Source of the DNA: Squalus acanthias
Lineage: Eukaryota
Reading direction: 5' to 3'
NCBI GenBank assembly: GCA_030390025.1
Contig: CM059432.1
Span: 133,302,001-133,366,000 of the forward strand
Length of the DNA: 64,000 bases
Under the pieces are notes generated by a model. That model did no database searches, was not told the origin of the DNA, and saw only the letters and a list, made by a program, of their open reading frames with translations. A program made the translations under genes and the position numbers. Shown here piece after piece: positions 38,368-50,010 of this stretch; the stretch's first letter is position 1; each line of letters starts with the position of its first letter.

Positions 38368-40085
38368 GGATAAAACAGTACTGCAGCAGTTAGTCCATCT
38401 GAGTGACTTACACTGTTTAAATGTCAAAGTGAGATCAGTAATGTCCATGATATCATCACACACAAATCATGTTATCACGTGAGACATGATAAGCTTGCAA
38501 ACTACTTACAATATAATCGCCGCTTAGTCAAAATCCTGGAACTCCCTGGGAGCATCTTCACCACACGGTCTGCAGCGGTTCAAGGAGAAGACTCACCACC
38601 ACCTACTCAAGAGCCACTAGGGTTGGGCAATAAATGCTGGCCTTGCCAGCGATGCCCACATCCCAAGAATGAATTTTCAAAAAAAAAGATAAGCTCAGAA
38701 GTAATAGGGTTAGTGTGTGATGTCCCTCCAACATAATTGGTAAGGAGCCTACTTAAGGCCTCCCAATCAGGAATATAATGATTCCCGTCCTGCTGCAGTT
38801 GGGTAGTGGAAGGCGGGGGAGGATTTTTTTTTTGGCGGATTGCTTGCTGTGGTCTAAACAGGGAGGATCTGAGGATGGGTGAACATTTTGGAATTTTGCT
38901 TGATTATCTTTTTGGATTGAGGAGTACAGTGTCAGCTGTGGCTCAGTGGTAACATTCTCGCCTCTGTGTCAGAAGGTTGTGGGTTCATGTCCCACTCCAG
39001 AGACTTGAGCACAGACATCTAGACTGACACGCCAGTGCAGTGCTGAGGGAGTGCTGCACTGTCCGATGCCCTATCTGCCCTCTCAGGTGGATGTAAAAAA
39101 ATCCCATGGCACTTTTTCAAAGAAGAGCAGGGGAGTTATCCCCAGTGTCTTGGCCAATTTTTATCTCTCAATCAACATTGCCAAAAACCAGATTATCTGG
39201 TCATTATCGCATTACTGTCTGTGGGACCTTGCTGTGCGCAAATTGGCTGCCGCATTACAACATCGACTAAACTTCAAAAGTACTTAATTGACTATAAAGC
39301 ACTTTGGGACGTCCTGAGGTTGTGAAAAGTGCTATATAAATGCAAGTCTTTCTTTTTAAATGTCCTTTTCTTATGTTCTTATGTTCAGATTCCACCTTGA
39401 ATCTCCAAGCTGCCTGTCACTTGAACCTGCTTGCCTCTGTTGGGAACAAGGTTCATTGGTTTTCTACTGAACCACTAGACAACCATTTCATTGTTGCATG
39501 AGAAGGCATACTGAGGAAAGGCCAGGAGTGCCCTTGGTATACAATTTGCAAAGCCTTCACTTATCCATTGAGATGTACTATCTTTGCAAAGGGTCATACA
39601 GAGTGCTGCACAGGCTCTCTATGAATGTGCAGGAGGAAGAGAGGGGCGTAGGTCTCTCGCTGCAGTATGGACACCTCTCTTAGCTGATCGCAATGTTGCA
39701 GGTGACACTTCATCCAGGTCATTATGTAGTTATGAGTATCTGTTACTATGGTTACATTAGTGTCCAATCCCAGGATCCAGAACAATTTTACTTCAGCCCA
39801 TCCCAGAGTGCATTGTATAATAATGCAATGATGACATGCCTGTTACTGCATGATGCATTCTGGGTTCAAAATCCAGAACTGAATTGTGATTTTAACTATA
39901 ATGGAAACATGTACAAAATGTAAAGAAACTGTGTTGGCTTAGATTGTGCTGATCTGCATCAGTTTGAGTACAAACGTTTTTTGGACTTGCATTTTGGATA
40001 ATATCAGAGCTGCTCCGAAACTGCAGTATAACCTTGGTAACAGACTGAGAGAGAGAGAGAAAAGTGTGGAGAATGTCTGAGTGTT

Positions 40086-40500
40086 AGAAATTAAAACAGA
40101 AAATGCTGGAAACACTCAGCAGGCCCAGGCAGCGTTTGTGGAGAGAGAGAAACAGAGTTGACGTTTCGGGTTGAGGACCTTTGATCAGAACTGGAAGAAG
40201 TTCGAGATTTAGCAGTTGTTCAGCAAGTGCAGAGCCAGGGGGAAAGGGGCCGGGGCAGCAGTGGTGGGGGAGGAAAGCACAGGGGGAAAGGTCTGAGATC
40301 GATGAAACTTCATCCATTTCAATGGAGAGTAAAATCAGGAGAAGTGTAAAACCAGCGTTGGGCGGGTTAGTTTAAAATTGCCCGCATTAACTCTGGTTCG
40401 CGCTCTCTCTCCACGGACGCTGCTTGACCTGCTGAGTGTTTCCCGGAATTTTCTGTTTTCATTTCCGATTTCCAGCATCCGCAGGATTTTGCTTTTTTTT
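40086..40500. mobile_element. Penelope-like inverted element with a mutated hammerhead core (- strand)
   Basis: The - strand at about 40156-40192 reads AGUU CUGAUCA AAGGUC CUC AACCC GAAA CG UC AACU (G8 to C); inverted arm from 40386. Confidence 0.7.
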
Positions 40501-43172
40501 TCCCAGAGTGTTTGTTGGACCCGCACAAAAGCATGCTTAGCATTCAGTCTGAGGCTAAACGAACGTTGAGGAACTCCCTCACATCTTTATAAACTATCTC
40601 ATGAAAGCAATTCAGTCAGCGCGGCGAGAGCAGCTTAATAAAGCAGCTCGCACTCGCCGGTACTGCACATGCACAGCCCTCTCATTCCAATTCCGCCCTA
40701 AGCGTTGCGAGTCTCTGCCGCTGCTATGCAATGTTCCTAAACCAATCTTTTGTTTTTAATAATCACATTTTATTTCGAAAAGCCAAACATTACAAACAGG
40801 TTACAAGGTGAAACAGGAAAACGGGCAGACGTTTAACATTTAACAGGATTTTTTTAAACTTGATATATATACATTCTGAAAACAGTACAATATTTTTGCT
40901 ATGCATGAAATAAACGGCTGGACAATAAAGCCTGGCTCTTGTTTAATTCCTGCGTTATACAGTCATTTCTTCCCAATCGGATGAAAGAAAGATTTCACTG
41001 CCCGCTGTATAATAACCAATGAACGAAATTCAGCCTCCTTGCAAACATATTGCAATCCTTAAAAAGGTCAATTACAACCCAATGTGACTGTCTGGACTTC
41101 CTGTTCCTTTGCTAGTGAAAGGGTTAAGATTTCAAATCTGTTTTGTATCATTAAGAGGAGATTTTTTTTTCCTTTTAAGATACAGATTTGAAACAATTCA
41201 ACTAAAGCCTGACTGAAGAATGCTTTGAAACTTGCCGGGACTTTCAGGATTTGCTCTGGCAGTTCTACAGTTTCAGCATTTTTCTCTTCCCCAATTCTGT
41301 CTGCCTGCGTTCCACAAAGTCTTGACGGCTGCACCAGTGCCAGTGCACTTGTGAATTATTTAAATATCTGCATTCAGCTTCACCTTTGATACAAGATAAA
41401 AGAAAGAAGGCTGAATGCTAAAATAATAACTGTGAAGATGTGGTTTTTAAAGTGGGGAGATGCTTTTTTTTTATGGTGCCATTTTAATGAACTAGCTGCC
41501 ACATTAGCCTGATCGTTTCCTATCAGATGCTGCTAAATTCCTCCATTTCTTCCTGTCTGATGTGTCTCACATGTTAAACAGCACTGCCTAGATTTTTTTC
41601 GTCACATTCTTTCACGACAACATGGCAGATCCGGCTGTAGACTGGGCCGGGTTTTTTCTCTCTCTCTCTTCTTTTCACTCATATTCAGCCTCCAGGATCT
41701 CAAGTATTTTTTTTCTAATAACCTGAAAGTGTGAAGTTCTAGCCAACGTGAAATGGCCACCTGTGCACGGGGGAGACTTATCCCTCTATGGGCAGGGATT
41801 CGAACAAGGTGCTACTGTGCCCCAAGGCCGCCTGTTGGATTCAGCTCGGTGCCGAGCCCGGGATGGCCCTGGTTACAGAACTGAGCATGGATCAGGAAGT
41901 AAACACAACCGTCTTTCATTTCATCCTCTTCTTAGACGAGGAAGGGGAATTCCATGTCTAATTACTTCAAGGGTCACTGCATCTAAGTGTGTCAAAAATA
42001 AATCTGACACATTACACTCCGTAAGCTTCACAGAAAAAAGGGGGGTGGGCCAGGACTGACTTTTACTGCAGTCTTCAATTTAAATCTTCCACTCTTTTTT
42101 AATCCGTTTCTAAATCGTACTCTTTCTCAACCACGCAGATTTTGATTGCTCTTTCAAACCTTCGATTGAGAATTTTTTTTTAATGTGAGCTTTGCAGCAT
42201 TTGGTGCAAAGACAATGGGACTGTGATTTATAGGGATTATCAAATGATCATTTCTAATCTGCTCGTAACGCTCCTGTGAAGCGCCTTGGGACATTGTCCT
42301 AACGTTAAAGGCGCGATCTAAAGACAAGTTGTGTTGTTGTTGTACTAATCTGCAGCATGTAGATTTCACAAATCAAAGTGAAATTGACGGCAAAATTATA
42401 TTTTTTCCAAAAAAAAAAGAAAAGCGCTGCAAAATGCAGAGGTGTATTAATGTTACTGATAATAAAGAGGAGTTTGGACAGCGGTCACAAGGCTGCTCCT
42501 GTGTCCTGGTGGTGTCTTGCACCTGACCCCCAACTAGTCGCGGACAGGCGCAATCAGGTGGAGCAGCAGTTTTTTTCAGCACGATTCTCCATCTCTTTTT
42601 TTTTATTGAAGTCAACCAAGCAGAAGACCCAGACCTGTCTTTGGAGGACCTGTACGGGAGACGTGGAATGCAGAGCGAAAAGCCAAGGAAGGCAGCAAGC
42701 GCACACAACTTCACAGGCTCTTTTGTCTCCGCCACGCCTGGGGCGGATTATCCTCTTTGACATTGACACATGGAGCCGTTAATCCTGTTCTATCAACAAC
42801 TGAGGGAAGCACCAGCTTCTAAACCACCGATCGCTCGCCGTAATCTTCTTGTATTTTTGCAGCCCCCCCCCCCCCTCCTCCCCTCAGGATGGTAGGGGAG
42901 AGGAAAGATTATAGAATGTTTTTGATCAAGATTTTGCTGTTTATTTCAACTAAGTGCCCATTCATGTACTCGAGGTACAAGTGACCAAAATTGCAAGGTG
43001 TATATATTAAAATAATAATGCTCATCAAATCAATTTTTGCATTGATTAATTTAGAGGTTTTCATATTTTCACTCCTAGTACTCAGTCATTGATTTGACTG
43101 TAAAAGCATGATAAAGATAACCATATTTGATTCTCAACTCCAGGAAAGGCTTTAGTTCAAGCTATGAGAGTG

Positions 43173-43341
43173 GATGTTGTGAATTTGCACTCCCAGTTTG
43201 GACCTTTATGCATTGGGAGTGCCTACTGGGAATTGGGGTGCAGAAGTCAATGGACCCATTACAGAAATTTCTGCATCCCAATTCTCCATATGCACTCCCA
43301 GCGCATGAAGCTCCAAGCTGGGAATGCAAATTCCTAAAATC
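43173..43341. repeat. About 170-bp near-palindromic hairpin element (MITE-like)
   Basis: GAATTTGCACTCCCAGTTTGGA..ATGCATTGGGAGTGC..GAATTGGGGTGCAGAA pairs with TTCTGCATCCCAATTC..GCACTCCCAGCGCAT..TCCAAGCTGGGAATGCAAATTC. Confidence 0.85.
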
Positions 43342-43382
43342 TATTCTTTGTCTCCAGTTCTTTCGTAATACGGATCAGAACG

Positions 43383-43822
43383 AAACATAGAAACATAGAA
43401 ACATAGAATCTAGGAGCAGGAGTAGGCCATTCGGCCCGTCGAGCCTGCTCCGCCATTCAATACGATCATGGCTGATCATCCAAATCCAGTACCCTGTCCC
43501 TGCTTTAATCCCCACAGTACACATATCCCACCCTACCCCCGTAACCCCACGTATTTAATTCCCCCTAACATATCCCATCCTATCCCCATAACCCCACATA
43601 TTTAATCCCCCCCTAACACTAAGGGTCAATTTATCATAGCCAAATCAACCTAACCCACACATTTTTGGACTGTGGGAGGAAACCGGAGCACCCGGAGGAA
43701 ACCCACGCAGACACGGGGAGAATGTGCAAACTCCACACAGACAGTCACCCGAGGTCAGATTCGAACCCGGGTCTCTGGCGCTGTGAGGCACCAGTGCTAA
43801 CCACTATGCCACCGTGTTGCCC
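43383..43822 (-). mobile_element. V-SINE (HE1-like) joined to a CR1 3' tail, with an internal ~48-bp tandem duplication
   Basis: V-domain 43666-43745; 43383-43505 matches the CR1 3' end at 17335-17445. Confidence 0.88.
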
Positions 43823-44528
43823 AAGCCCTTCGTAGGGTCTTTCGCAACCCAGCAGGGTTTAGTCGTAGGCCAGTTATAGAAAGAAAATAAGAAGAACCTG
43901 CAACTATACAGAACATTATCGTGTCATCAGAACACGACGATATGTTTCACGCAATGAATTACTTTCTGGAGTGCAGTAACTGTTGTGATGTGGACAAACA
44001 TGGCAGCCATTCAACACCAACAACAGGATGAATGATTGGCCAATCTGTTTTCTTTGGTGGTGTTGGCTGCAGAAGGAATCCTGGCCAGAGCAACAACCTG
44101 GTTTTCTTTGAAATGTGCAGTGAGATCTTTACGAGCCAGTGAACAGATGCATAGCCCCACTATTTCATCCAGAGGACAGTGTCCCCAGCAATACAGCATA
44201 CCCTCTGTACCTCAATGGATTGTCAACTTAGATTATGTGCTCAAGTGATCGCATGGGATTTGAACTCAGAACTTTCTAAACCAGAAGCTGAACTAAGCTG
44301 ACACGCGACCGCTTCTGCAGCTTTTACATTGCTTCAACACTGGAGCTACAGTATAACTAGGCACTGAGATTGCCAATCTGATTCCAAGCATTGTCAGACC
44401 ACCTCAAGGAGGTATTGTTACAGCATTTGAGCATCACACCAGTCACTGTACAACTAGAACTAATATAAAACCTGAAAATGCTACAAAACATGCAGCAGGT
44501 CAGGCAGCATCTGTGGAGAGAGAAACCG

Positions 44529-44565
44529 AGTTAACGTTTCAGGTCTGTGACCTTTCATCAGAACT
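44529..44565 (-). ncRNA. Minimal type-I hammerhead ribozyme motif, intact core
   Basis: AGUU CUGAUGA A AGGUC ACA GACCU GAAA CG UU AACU: stem I AGUU/AACU, stem II AGGUC/GACCU, palindromic ACGU helix III. Confidence 0.8.
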
Positions 44566-44681
44566 GGAAGATGTTAGAGATGGTTTAAGCAAGTGCAGAG
44601 GCAGGGAAAGGGGGAGGGGAGGAAAGAACCAAAGGGAAAGTCTATACAGGCTTATAAACTGTTAAATCTCTGACTTCTTCC

Positions 44682-44714
44682 AGTTCTGATGAAAGGTCAT
44701 CGACCTGAAACGTT
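44682..44714 (+). ncRNA. Minimal hammerhead motif cut off from its stem-I 3' strand by a MITE
   Basis: AGUU CUGAUGA A AGGUC AUC GACCU GAAA CG UU then insertion; AACU resumes at 45494. Confidence 0.75.
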
Positions 44715-45490
44715 GGCCCTGATATTTATGGGGCTGCGCTATCGAGGCAGAGGGGAGGAGTTATGGACAGGAAAGCCGGAAGTAGGGGTCTCCCGAACGT
44801 CCTGCAGTCTTTTGCAATTTTTTTCTCCAGGTTTCCCACCTGACAGTCAGGCGGGTAAGCCTGCAGTAGAAAGTTGCAGCAGAGGAGCAGGTAGGGAGAC
44901 AGGGAGAGATTGCGATCAGGGGGGTAGGGGTCTTAGTGGGGGGAGGGGGGGAGAGATCACCGGGGGAAGTGAGATGGCGGTCGGGGGAGGGAGATGGTGG
45001 TCGGGGTGGGAGATCGCGGAGGGGTGGGGGGGGAGGGAGATGGTGGTCGGGGTGGGAGATCGCGGGGGGTGGGGGGGGGTGGTGGGAGGAGTAGACAGCT
45101 CGTGAAAGGATTCATAGGGTAGCTTGTTGGGCCGGGAGGAAACATTCCTGCTCCTCCTGGCCCACAAGCAGTGCTGTAAAGGCACTTACCCAATGAATCC
45201 AGCCCTTCTCGCCTCCTTTTTCCTGCTGGGTTTCCCGAGGCCCGGAAAATCCGGCCAGCATAGGTTAAAATGAAGGCGTACAGCCTCCTTAAAAGGTTTC
45301 AATTACTGACCCGCCTCCTGAGAGCGAATTGGTCACCCGCCTCCCCCTCCTCCCCCCCCCACCATCCCGCCTCCGCTAAAACCGGAAGTGGGCGGGTTCG
45401 AGGTAGGCTGGGTTCCTGTTTCAGATTTTTAACTTTTTAACCTCCCACCTGACCCAACCCCATCCATTTTGGGAGGTTAAAAATTACCCC
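44715..45490. mobile_element. Harbinger-type MITE, family B
   Basis: GTT|GGCCCTGATATT...AAAATTACCCC|ATT; central GGGAGAT tandem repeats; inverted homolog of 4765-5474. Confidence 0.8.
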
Positions 45491-48400
45491 ATTAACTCTC
45501 CACAGATGCTGCCTGACTTGCTGAATGCTTTCCAGCAATTCCTGTTTTTATTTCAGATTTCCAGCATCCGCAGTATTTCGCTTTGGTTTTAAAACCATCT
45601 TTTTCAAAGTTTGTAAAGTTTCCATTTGGTCGGCTGGACCACTTTAATGTTGCTAAAGAGCTGATGGAACACTTGCTCTCTATGAACGTTAAAACATTGC
45701 ACTCGTTCTCCAATGCCATTTAGCACAACTCTGCGTGTGCATTGCAGTCCACATGAACACAACTGTGCCTTACCTGAGATGCAGCAACATGTGGAACCAC
45801 CAACATACCTCTGTGGGTCCTGCTTGCAACACTGTAAAGCAAGTACTGGCATCAAACTAGTTCCTGCGGTATAACAGAGGTCTGTCTTTTGGATCAGACG
45901 CTATACCGAGGCCCCATCTACTCTCTCAGGTAGACATAAAAGATCCCATGGCACTATTTCGGAGTTATACCCAGTGTACTGGCCAATATTTATCCCTCAA
46001 TCAATATCACTAAAAAACAGATTAGCTGGTCATTATCACATTGCTGTTTGTGGGAGCTTGCTGTGCATAAATTGTCTGCTGCGGTTCCTACATTACAACA
46101 GTGACTACATTTCAAAAGTACTTCATTAGCTGGAAAGCACTTTGGGACGTCCTAAGTTCATGAAAGGTGCTATATAAATGCAAGTCGTTCTTTTCGATAG
46201 TGCGAAGGAAGTTTGAGATCTCCCATGTCCACTTCATATGCTGTGAAATCCTGTGCTTCTCTCTCCGAGGATGAGATTTTGTTTGTAACGGTGTACGTTG
46301 GCAGATCAGCATTGATCATAGCAGGTTTTTGCAGTGTCTCTAATTGTTAATTACTTTCCTTTCTGGTCAGCAAGCTGTCTGGTCCTTCGTGATCCCTGCC
46401 ATGGATATGACATGCGCAATTAATATTTGCAGGACTGTAGATGTGTGAATAATGTGGCTGACCTAATCTAGTGAGATTTTGAAAAGTCACAGATTGAGGT
46501 CCTGAAATGTCTTGAGTTTATACCAATATGACTACCAAACAGTATGTGACTTCAAAGTACCAGCTATCGGCATGTTTCTTTGCTTGACTAAATATGTACT
46601 AAATAAATGTGTTTATGTGAAAAAAAATCTTCAGCAACTGACATGTGCAGTACCCTCAATTAAATAAAAACCTTCAGCTGCCGAGGCCCTAAGCTCTGGA
46701 ATTACCTCCCTAAACCTCTCCGCCTCTCTACCTCTCCTTAAAACCTACCTCTTTGCCAAGCTTTTGGTCACCTGTCCTAATATCTCCTTATGTGGCTCGG
46801 TGTCAAATTTTGTCTGATAACACTCCTGTGACGCGCTTTGGGACATTTTACTGTGTTAAAGGCGCTATATAAATGCAAGCTGTTATATAGTATTGTGACA
46901 ATAATTGTGCGTTACCGTCTGTGAGAAAAACAACACATGAATGTGAGGCTTGACGTGGAGATCTTGTGAATGATAAAACTCAATAAGCCACGAGCATATC
47001 AACCATAAAGTTTGTTCCTTTTTTCAATTAAATTAAATCTAGTTAACAAGTATTGTAGATAAAATCAATGATCCAGCCCATCTGCATGTAGCTGATGATT
47101 CAAGAACTAATTTTGTGCTCTCGAGTGATTTGTCAGAAATTCTTGCAATGTTGGCCCCCCCAGTAGTGGGTGACTGCACAGTGTGGTGTGGTGCTGAGCC
47201 ATTCAGACCAGGAAGGTCTCAGGTTCAATGTATGGTCCATTAACTGATCTCAGTTATAGCAATAGTGGAAGTACTACAATTAGCCTCAGGTCCCCTAGGC
47301 TGAGGAAGGAAAAATCAGTCAAGGCTTACGCTCCTTACTGCTGTCCAATAGTTCCTGCTGGAAATTACTTGTATGGTCACGTTTTGGCCCCCCCCCCCCA
47401 CCCCATGGTCAAATGTCCCACTAATCCCCAGTCTCAGTTCACAAATATCAATGTCTGGTCCATTAACTGATCTCAGTTATAGTTGTAGTGGGAGTACTAC
47501 AATTTAGAATGTGGAACTTGCTACCACATTGAGTGGTTGAGGTGAATAGCACAGATGCTTTTAAGGGGAAGCTGGATAAGTACACGAGGGAGAAAGGAAT
47601 AGAAGGATATGCAGATAGGGTGAGATGAAGTAGGGTGGGAGGAGGTTCATGTGGAGCATGAACACCGGCATAGAGCTGTTGGGCCGAATGGCTTGTTTCT
47701 GTGCTCTCTGTAATTCTATGTAATATCGTTGCGGTACTAGAGAGCTCCTGTTTCCCATTGAATCAGACTGCAGCACAAGTCTCTAACTTCAGGAGAAGCG
47801 GGGAGAAAATGGAGGAGGAAAGTGGTGTATTGATGAAGCCACAGAACCTAATGACTATTGTGTGCCACAAGTTTGGAGGTTTAATCTACCAGCTAATTTC
47901 CTTCATAGGTTGCTACTACATGACAGATGACGTAACTTGTTAACAAGTTTTTTAAAAAATCTTGCTTATTGCATTTTAAGGTACAATATTGTGTGGATGT
48001 CACAACAGGACATTAAGTTGCATACGGTTACCTGGGGCCGAGATTTCCCCATCAACATTATTTTGACGCCCGCAGATGTTTCAAGAACTAATTTTGTGTT
48101 CTCGAATGATTTGTAGAAATTCTTGCAATATTGCACCCCCCCCCCAATAGTTTGATGTGGTGCTGCCCAATAGTGGTGCTGAGCCATTCGGTGGATAAGT
48201 ATCAGTTTATTATTCCCTATAAAAGGGATACTTGCAAAGCACTGATAACTGGCTAGAATAAACAAACCATTTGAAGATGAAGCAGAGAAAAGAAAGTAAC
48301 AGTAATAAGGGAGAAAAGGAAATTAGAGATGGAGAGAGCTAACAACATTTTGGAGAAGGGTAGCATTTCATAATAGCTGATGTGGGAGGGGCAGGAGTGG

Positions 48401-49886
48401 CAACAAATTTTTAACAACGGAATGTCGATCTGGCGATCTGGCCAGCTGTCGGGCAGATGAATCCCTTGGTTAAGGTTGGCAGGGCCTCCACGGCCCCGGC
48501 CTTGACAGGTTTTGCAGCCGATTTCGGCCTCACCCACACTCTCCCCGCCTCCCCGTAAATATTGGGGCTACGGTTTAAACAGACAAAGTAGAACGACATA
48601 GTAAATCACATGCGGCACTACCGCAAAATGCACACTGGCACTCGACAAATACCAGAAGCATCTTATTGCTGGGCCTGGATATTCTGAATAGGGAGATAAC
48701 AATATTTATTTACACTTCAAATCAGTGGGCAAACTATTCCATCTTTAAGAAAGGCTGTGCTTCTCTGTTGGGATGTGTTGCCTCCAATTATCGGATAAGC
48801 CAGTAATTAGGAGTATTCGACATAATTGTTGCAAGGTATGTGGTGCAGCTGTTTCTTTCTCATTACCAGGGTTGATTCTAACGTAGGGTTTTGACCGGTT
48901 TCGCCCAGTTTCAATGAGAGCGATGAGGCAGTCTGGATACTCAGGAAAAAGAGAAATTTAATAGCTGTGCTATTTGTTAAAATTGCTTAATCACTTTTTA
49001 TTCTAGTTTTATAAATCCCCTGCTTCTTTCCAGTGCAGGTAATGTTTATCTGCCTTTCTCCTTCAGATGTGAGTTATCCCATTCTGTATTTCTAGCACTT
49101 TGTATCTTATTATAAATCGGTAGTGGTGCAGTGCCAACAATCTACACTTCCAGATCAAGCATGGTTGAAATGTGAAAGACGTTATTATTTTACTTGTAAA
49201 TGCCACGGCTGGAATTTTAATCGTGCATTCTCCACAAACTATGGAAAACTCAACAGAACATACAGTAAAAAAAAATCTCCATTTTTGCTCAGTCCTTGAG
49301 GGTGGAGAGATACAACATTTTGCACGTTATAGCAAAGTGTACACGATAGTATGAAATGTAACATGAGGAAACTGGAAATAGAGGTTGAGTGACTTTATAT
49401 GAAGGTTGTGTAACGGGGTGGATGTTGGATGTCAGGGTGCCTTGATCAAGTTTCAGATTTCATTGGTTTGCAGTGGAGCGTCAGGCTGTGAGGTATTATG
49501 TTCTTCTGTTCTTCTGTTTTTATTGCATGCAGCACATTCAAACCAAACCTCTGAAAAACTGGTGACTAATGAAAGAAAAGACAAACCTAATTGAAGACAT
49601 AGACTGATGATTGGGTTTGAAAAATGTCTGCAACCACAAGAGTTTATGAACTTGATCCACATCTTAAAGCGTGTACATACTTCCAAATATGATTTATGTT
49701 TTGCAGTCTATCCAGTTTTAGGATCGTTTACCCTTCAAAGCTTTCGCACAGGAGGTTTACTGTCCCAATTGTATCTTCTGTCTCTGCGGAGAATCCTAAA
49801 TATGGTCGCGAGTTGCATGATTAGAAGAAGAGGCACTTTGCAATATTAAAAGCTAGACTACGGGTATAACGTGCTTGCTTGAAACC

Positions 49887-50010
49887 TGTTACATCTCTAA
49901 CCTTTTCCAGTTCTGACGAAGGGTCATCGACCTGAAACGTTGACTCTGTTTCTCTCTCCACAGATGCTGCCTGACCTGCTGAGTATTTCCAGCATTTTCT
50001 GTTTTTATTA
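49887..50010 (+). mobile_element. Single-arm Penelope-like pLTR fragment
   Basis: Matches the arms at 44465 and 40086; ends TTCCAGCATTTTCTGTTTTTATT. Confidence 0.75.
49909..49945 (+). ncRNA. Minimal type-I hammerhead ribozyme motif, intact core
   Basis: AGUU CUGACGA A GGGUC AUC GACCU GAAA CG UU GACU; the two stem differences from 44529 give G-U wobbles and N7 changes U to C. Confidence 0.8.

Larger units (their letters stand above)
44465..45585. mobile_element. Penelope-like element with two divergent hammerhead-bearing arms; right arm split by a MITE
   Basis: Left arm 44465-44645 (- sense); right arm 44660-44714 resumes at 45491 (AACTCTCCACAGATGCTGCCTGAC...). Confidence 0.75.

Noticed and set aside
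39490..39860. Possible fourth, very old Harbinger transposase remnant
   Set aside because: Only vague motif echoes (ALYE, FSPSRV, CLLHD); it cannot be supported without a profile search
42373..42782. Overlapping 120-134 aa ORFs as a host gene
   Set aside because: No recognisable homology, ORFs on both strands and homopolymer-rich sequence
44900..45085. CRISPR-like or regulatory repeat array (also 5110-5325)
   Set aside because: Degenerate GGGAGAT/CCGATCT minisatellite inside a MITE in eukaryotic DNA; no unique spacers or cas genes
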